NCBI GenBank assembly: GCA_963693365.1
Contig: CAVNZM010000006.1
Coordinates: forward strand, 10,419,355-10,483,354
Direction of reading: 5' to 3'
Length of the DNA stretch: 64,000 nt
DNA from: Amoebidium appalachense
Lineage: Eukaryota; Protista; Ichthyosporea
The position numbers and the translations under genes are program-made. Positions 61,116-64,000 of the stretch are shown in pieces. The notes under the pieces are model-generated. The model saw only the letters and a program-made list of their open reading frames with translations, had not been told where the DNA came from and ran no database searches. Positions within the stretch are counted from its first letter, which is position 1. Each line of letters opens with the position of its first letter.

Positions 61116-63863
61116 TTACGGGGACACCGGAGGAGACCCATTGGACCCCACAAATGCCACATCAGAGACCCCCCTCCTTCTTGCATTTGCCCTGCCCCTG
61201 GCCACCACAGCCACAGCAACAACCACAACCAGCACAATCCCACCCACCACGCCAGCACACACATAGATAAACGTGTTCTTAGGCATACTCAATATGGTTT
61301 CCGCCTCTGATGCAACAGGATCAGCCGGCTGCTGTGGCGCTGTGTTGTTGGGGGTGTCTGGGATGGGTGCCGCCCTGCCGACCGTCGAAGATACCCACGA
61401 GGTATATGTGCTTAGGCGGGTGTACAGGCCGGGTAGGCCCACTTGGGCACAGCCGGCACCGGCAGACACAACACCAATCAGGGCCTGGCCAGTGGAATCG
61501 AGGAATGGGCCGCTGTGGTGGGAGAGAGGTGGGTGAGCGTGTGTTTTGTGGTTCAGGTGTGGAAGGGGGAGGTTGGGTTGTGCAAGAACAATGATAGGTG
61601 TGTGCACTAGGAGAGATGTGTGCACTTTCTGGGACATGTATTGGTGGGTGTACGACGTGGAATTATTGTCATCCTGAAAAAATTTGTGCAATTGGTTGGT
61701 GTTTTTTTTTTCCTCACAACTCTTGTGCTACTCTGCTATCTTCAGGGGTGCTAAACAAAAAAATGAGCTGAATATGACCTTGTGCCCGTTAGCAAAACGG
61801 AGCACGTGGGTGGTTGTGCTTGGATGTATGCTGGTGTTTACTGGTATATACGTGCCTGTTGGTGCAATGCGTGTCTCTCTATTTGTGCGCATGTGTGCGT
61901 ATGTGTGTACGTGCGTGTGCGTGCATGTGTGTGTGCGTGTGTGCGTGTGCCTTTGTGTTCTTGCATCTCAGTGAAAATATGTTCCCATAATCATGTGCAT
62001 CATGGATAGGGCACAAGGTATGAACGAGCAGTGGGGATATTGGGTAAACGGCGCAGGAGGGCAGATGTGCTTGGGGAGAGTGGGGGGGGGGGAGACGGGG
62101 GGAGGGGGGGGGGGGGGGGGGGATTGTGGTGCATACCCGCTGTCACCCTGGCAGGCATCCTTTGGTGGGGACAGGCCCCCAGCACACAGGGCTTGGGTGG
62201 GGTTGTGCCTGTAGTAGCTGGCCTGGCAGATCGAGTCGGCCACAATCGTCAGCTCGACCGTCTGCAGCTGGTCCGGCAGCACTATCGGGCTCCTGTTTTC
62301 CTGCCCGGGCAGGACGGCCTGCATGGACCCCCACCCGTACACTATCCCCGTCTCCCCGGGCTGGGCAGACTCAAGTGACGTGCTGAGTTTCACGGGTTGC
62401 AGGTTGGCTGCAAGCGAAAGGGAGACGTGTAAGAAAAAAGAGGGGGCGAAAGAAGGGAAAAGGGGTGAGACGGATGCGTGTGTTTGGAGGCCCGGGGGGA
62501 GGGGGGGGAAGGGGGGCAAGGAGAGGGGGGGGGACGGGAGGAGAAAGGAAGAAGAGGCGGGGAAAAGAAAAGAACTTCGAAACGGTGAAAAGGGGAGACG
62601 GGGAGGGGGGGGGGGGGGGGGGGGGGATGGGGGGTGGGATGGAGACCGGGAAAAAAAAACGAAAAAACTGTTAAGACGGGAATACTATAGGAAACTAAGA
62701 AAAAGAGATCGAACGAAGGCGAACCTCCGAACTCCGGCCATGAAGTCGAGATGCGGGGCGTGCTGGATGAGAAGAAAGCGAGATACTATATGGTATTTGA
62801 TTACAGCGTGTGGTTTTTAAATGGCAGGTAAATGTGTGTCAAGCCCAGTGTCATACTTATAAATGCCTGTTGGGGCGCTTCTGTGCATGGTATACACATT
62901 TGTGTATGTGTGTTTGTAAATGTAAGTGTGTCTGTGCGCGGGGCTTGCGTGCACGGTGCACGTGAAAGCATGTGCGAATGCCCGTCGCAATTATTTCGTG
63001 TCCAAGTGTGGAAAAAACATGTTCGAGCGGTAAGTTAATGTCTCACACGTGCACTTTTGTTTAGGGAAAGCGCAAATTTGTGTGGTGTGTTCGACGTTTT
63101 TTGAATCTGTGATTCTGTGTACTAGATTCAAACCTCTTGGATGTGATACAAGTCCACTACACAAGCATGCATCGTGTATGATGCAAGAGGTTAGCAAGCC
63201 TTATCAAGAGCTTCCCCTAGTGCCGTTTGAGGTAGGGATTGCGGTTTCTTTGCGCACAATTGTCAAGTATTGTTTTACCTCCCCCCCCCTCCCCCTCCCT
63301 TCTTTTTGAACAACAAAATCCTGCAGGCTCGTGCGTGTCCGGAAAAAAAGGGGGGCAGGAGGCGACACACGAAAACGAGACAGGACACATAGTTCACACA
63401 TTCAACACTCACATATGGGGGATGCTAGCCTGAGCAGTGCCAAATCATTATTGACCTGACCGACCGTATGCTCCGGGTGGACGATAATAGCAGCCACCTG
63501 CCGCTGTGTAAACGACCCGCTATCGGACATGAACAGGCCCCCGACATAGACTCTCAAATCCTTCGCCTGAAGGCTCGTGTCATCCACACAATGTGCCGCA
63601 GTCAAAACATAGTTTTGGTCTATGAGTGATGCACCACAAAAGTGCCTATATCCGGTGCTGGTGTATCTTCTAAGTGACACCATCCACGGAATGGCGGTTG
63701 TAACTGTATTGCCCCCGACAATACGTGGTTCGGGCACAAATGCCGCGGATTCTACCGGCGCATCCGTTGTTGTGTGTGTTGGTTGCTGTGTTGATGTTTG
63801 TGCACTGTGTGCAACACCGCACAGACCAGCCAGTGCACCAACTAGGAGAGTCCCTGCAACCAT
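61116..63863 (-). CDS. Membrane-anchored trypsin-like serine protease (S1A), 3 exons
   Basis: Signal peptide [20 protein letters not shown], activation site [35 protein letters not shown] (split by a phase-2 intron), [16 protein letters not shown], Pro-rich linker, TM helix ([24 protein letters not shown]) and a short tail. Exons at about 63863-63413, 62408-62137 and 61512-61116. Confidence 0.95.
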
Positions 63864-64000
63864 CCTTTCGTCCTCACAAGAAAAGAATCCGTGCGTAACG
63901 AATCTAAAGGGCAAGGGGGGTCATGGATATGGCGTCTTCACGAGTTGCACCAGTTGAATTGTGCTCAAATAAATGGCCAAATTTCCTTCGCTGCTTGCAC

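Overview
Eukaryotic, intron-rich window in which nearly every intron is filled with poly-G/poly-C runs and (CA)n/(GA)n microsatellites; almost all entries of the six-frame ORF track are artefacts of these repeats. Splicing by eye gives six multi-exon genes: a Pho81/NUC-2-like protein with a degenerate GDPD domain (+, probably 5'-incomplete), a GT61-family glycosyltransferase (-), pyruvate dehydrogenase E1 alpha (-), a merlin/NF2-like FERM protein (-), an apparent fusion of a ZC4H2-like coiled coil, a Tudor-knot/chromo-barrel and a bromodomain (-), and a membrane-anchored trypsin (-). There is also one small orphan ORF. Merlin next to a fungal-type Pho81 suggests a unicellular holozoan such as an ichthyosporean (inference). 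The most interesting signal is a dispersed, non-coding, retroelement-like family (about 8 copies or fragments, 3-4 subfamilies). Its copies sit at poly-C tracts, lie in introns, and are all sense to the host gene. One locus has a head-to-tail partial duplication and a target-site duplication. The family carries a ~160-nt RNA structure supported by compensatory base changes, with hammerhead-like core motifs (CUGAGGA, GAAAC, GUU) in a non-canonical order. Several non-autonomous TIR elements are also present, one flanked by an unusual 40-bp duplication. All homology calls come from motif recognition, not database searches, and exon borders are manual.
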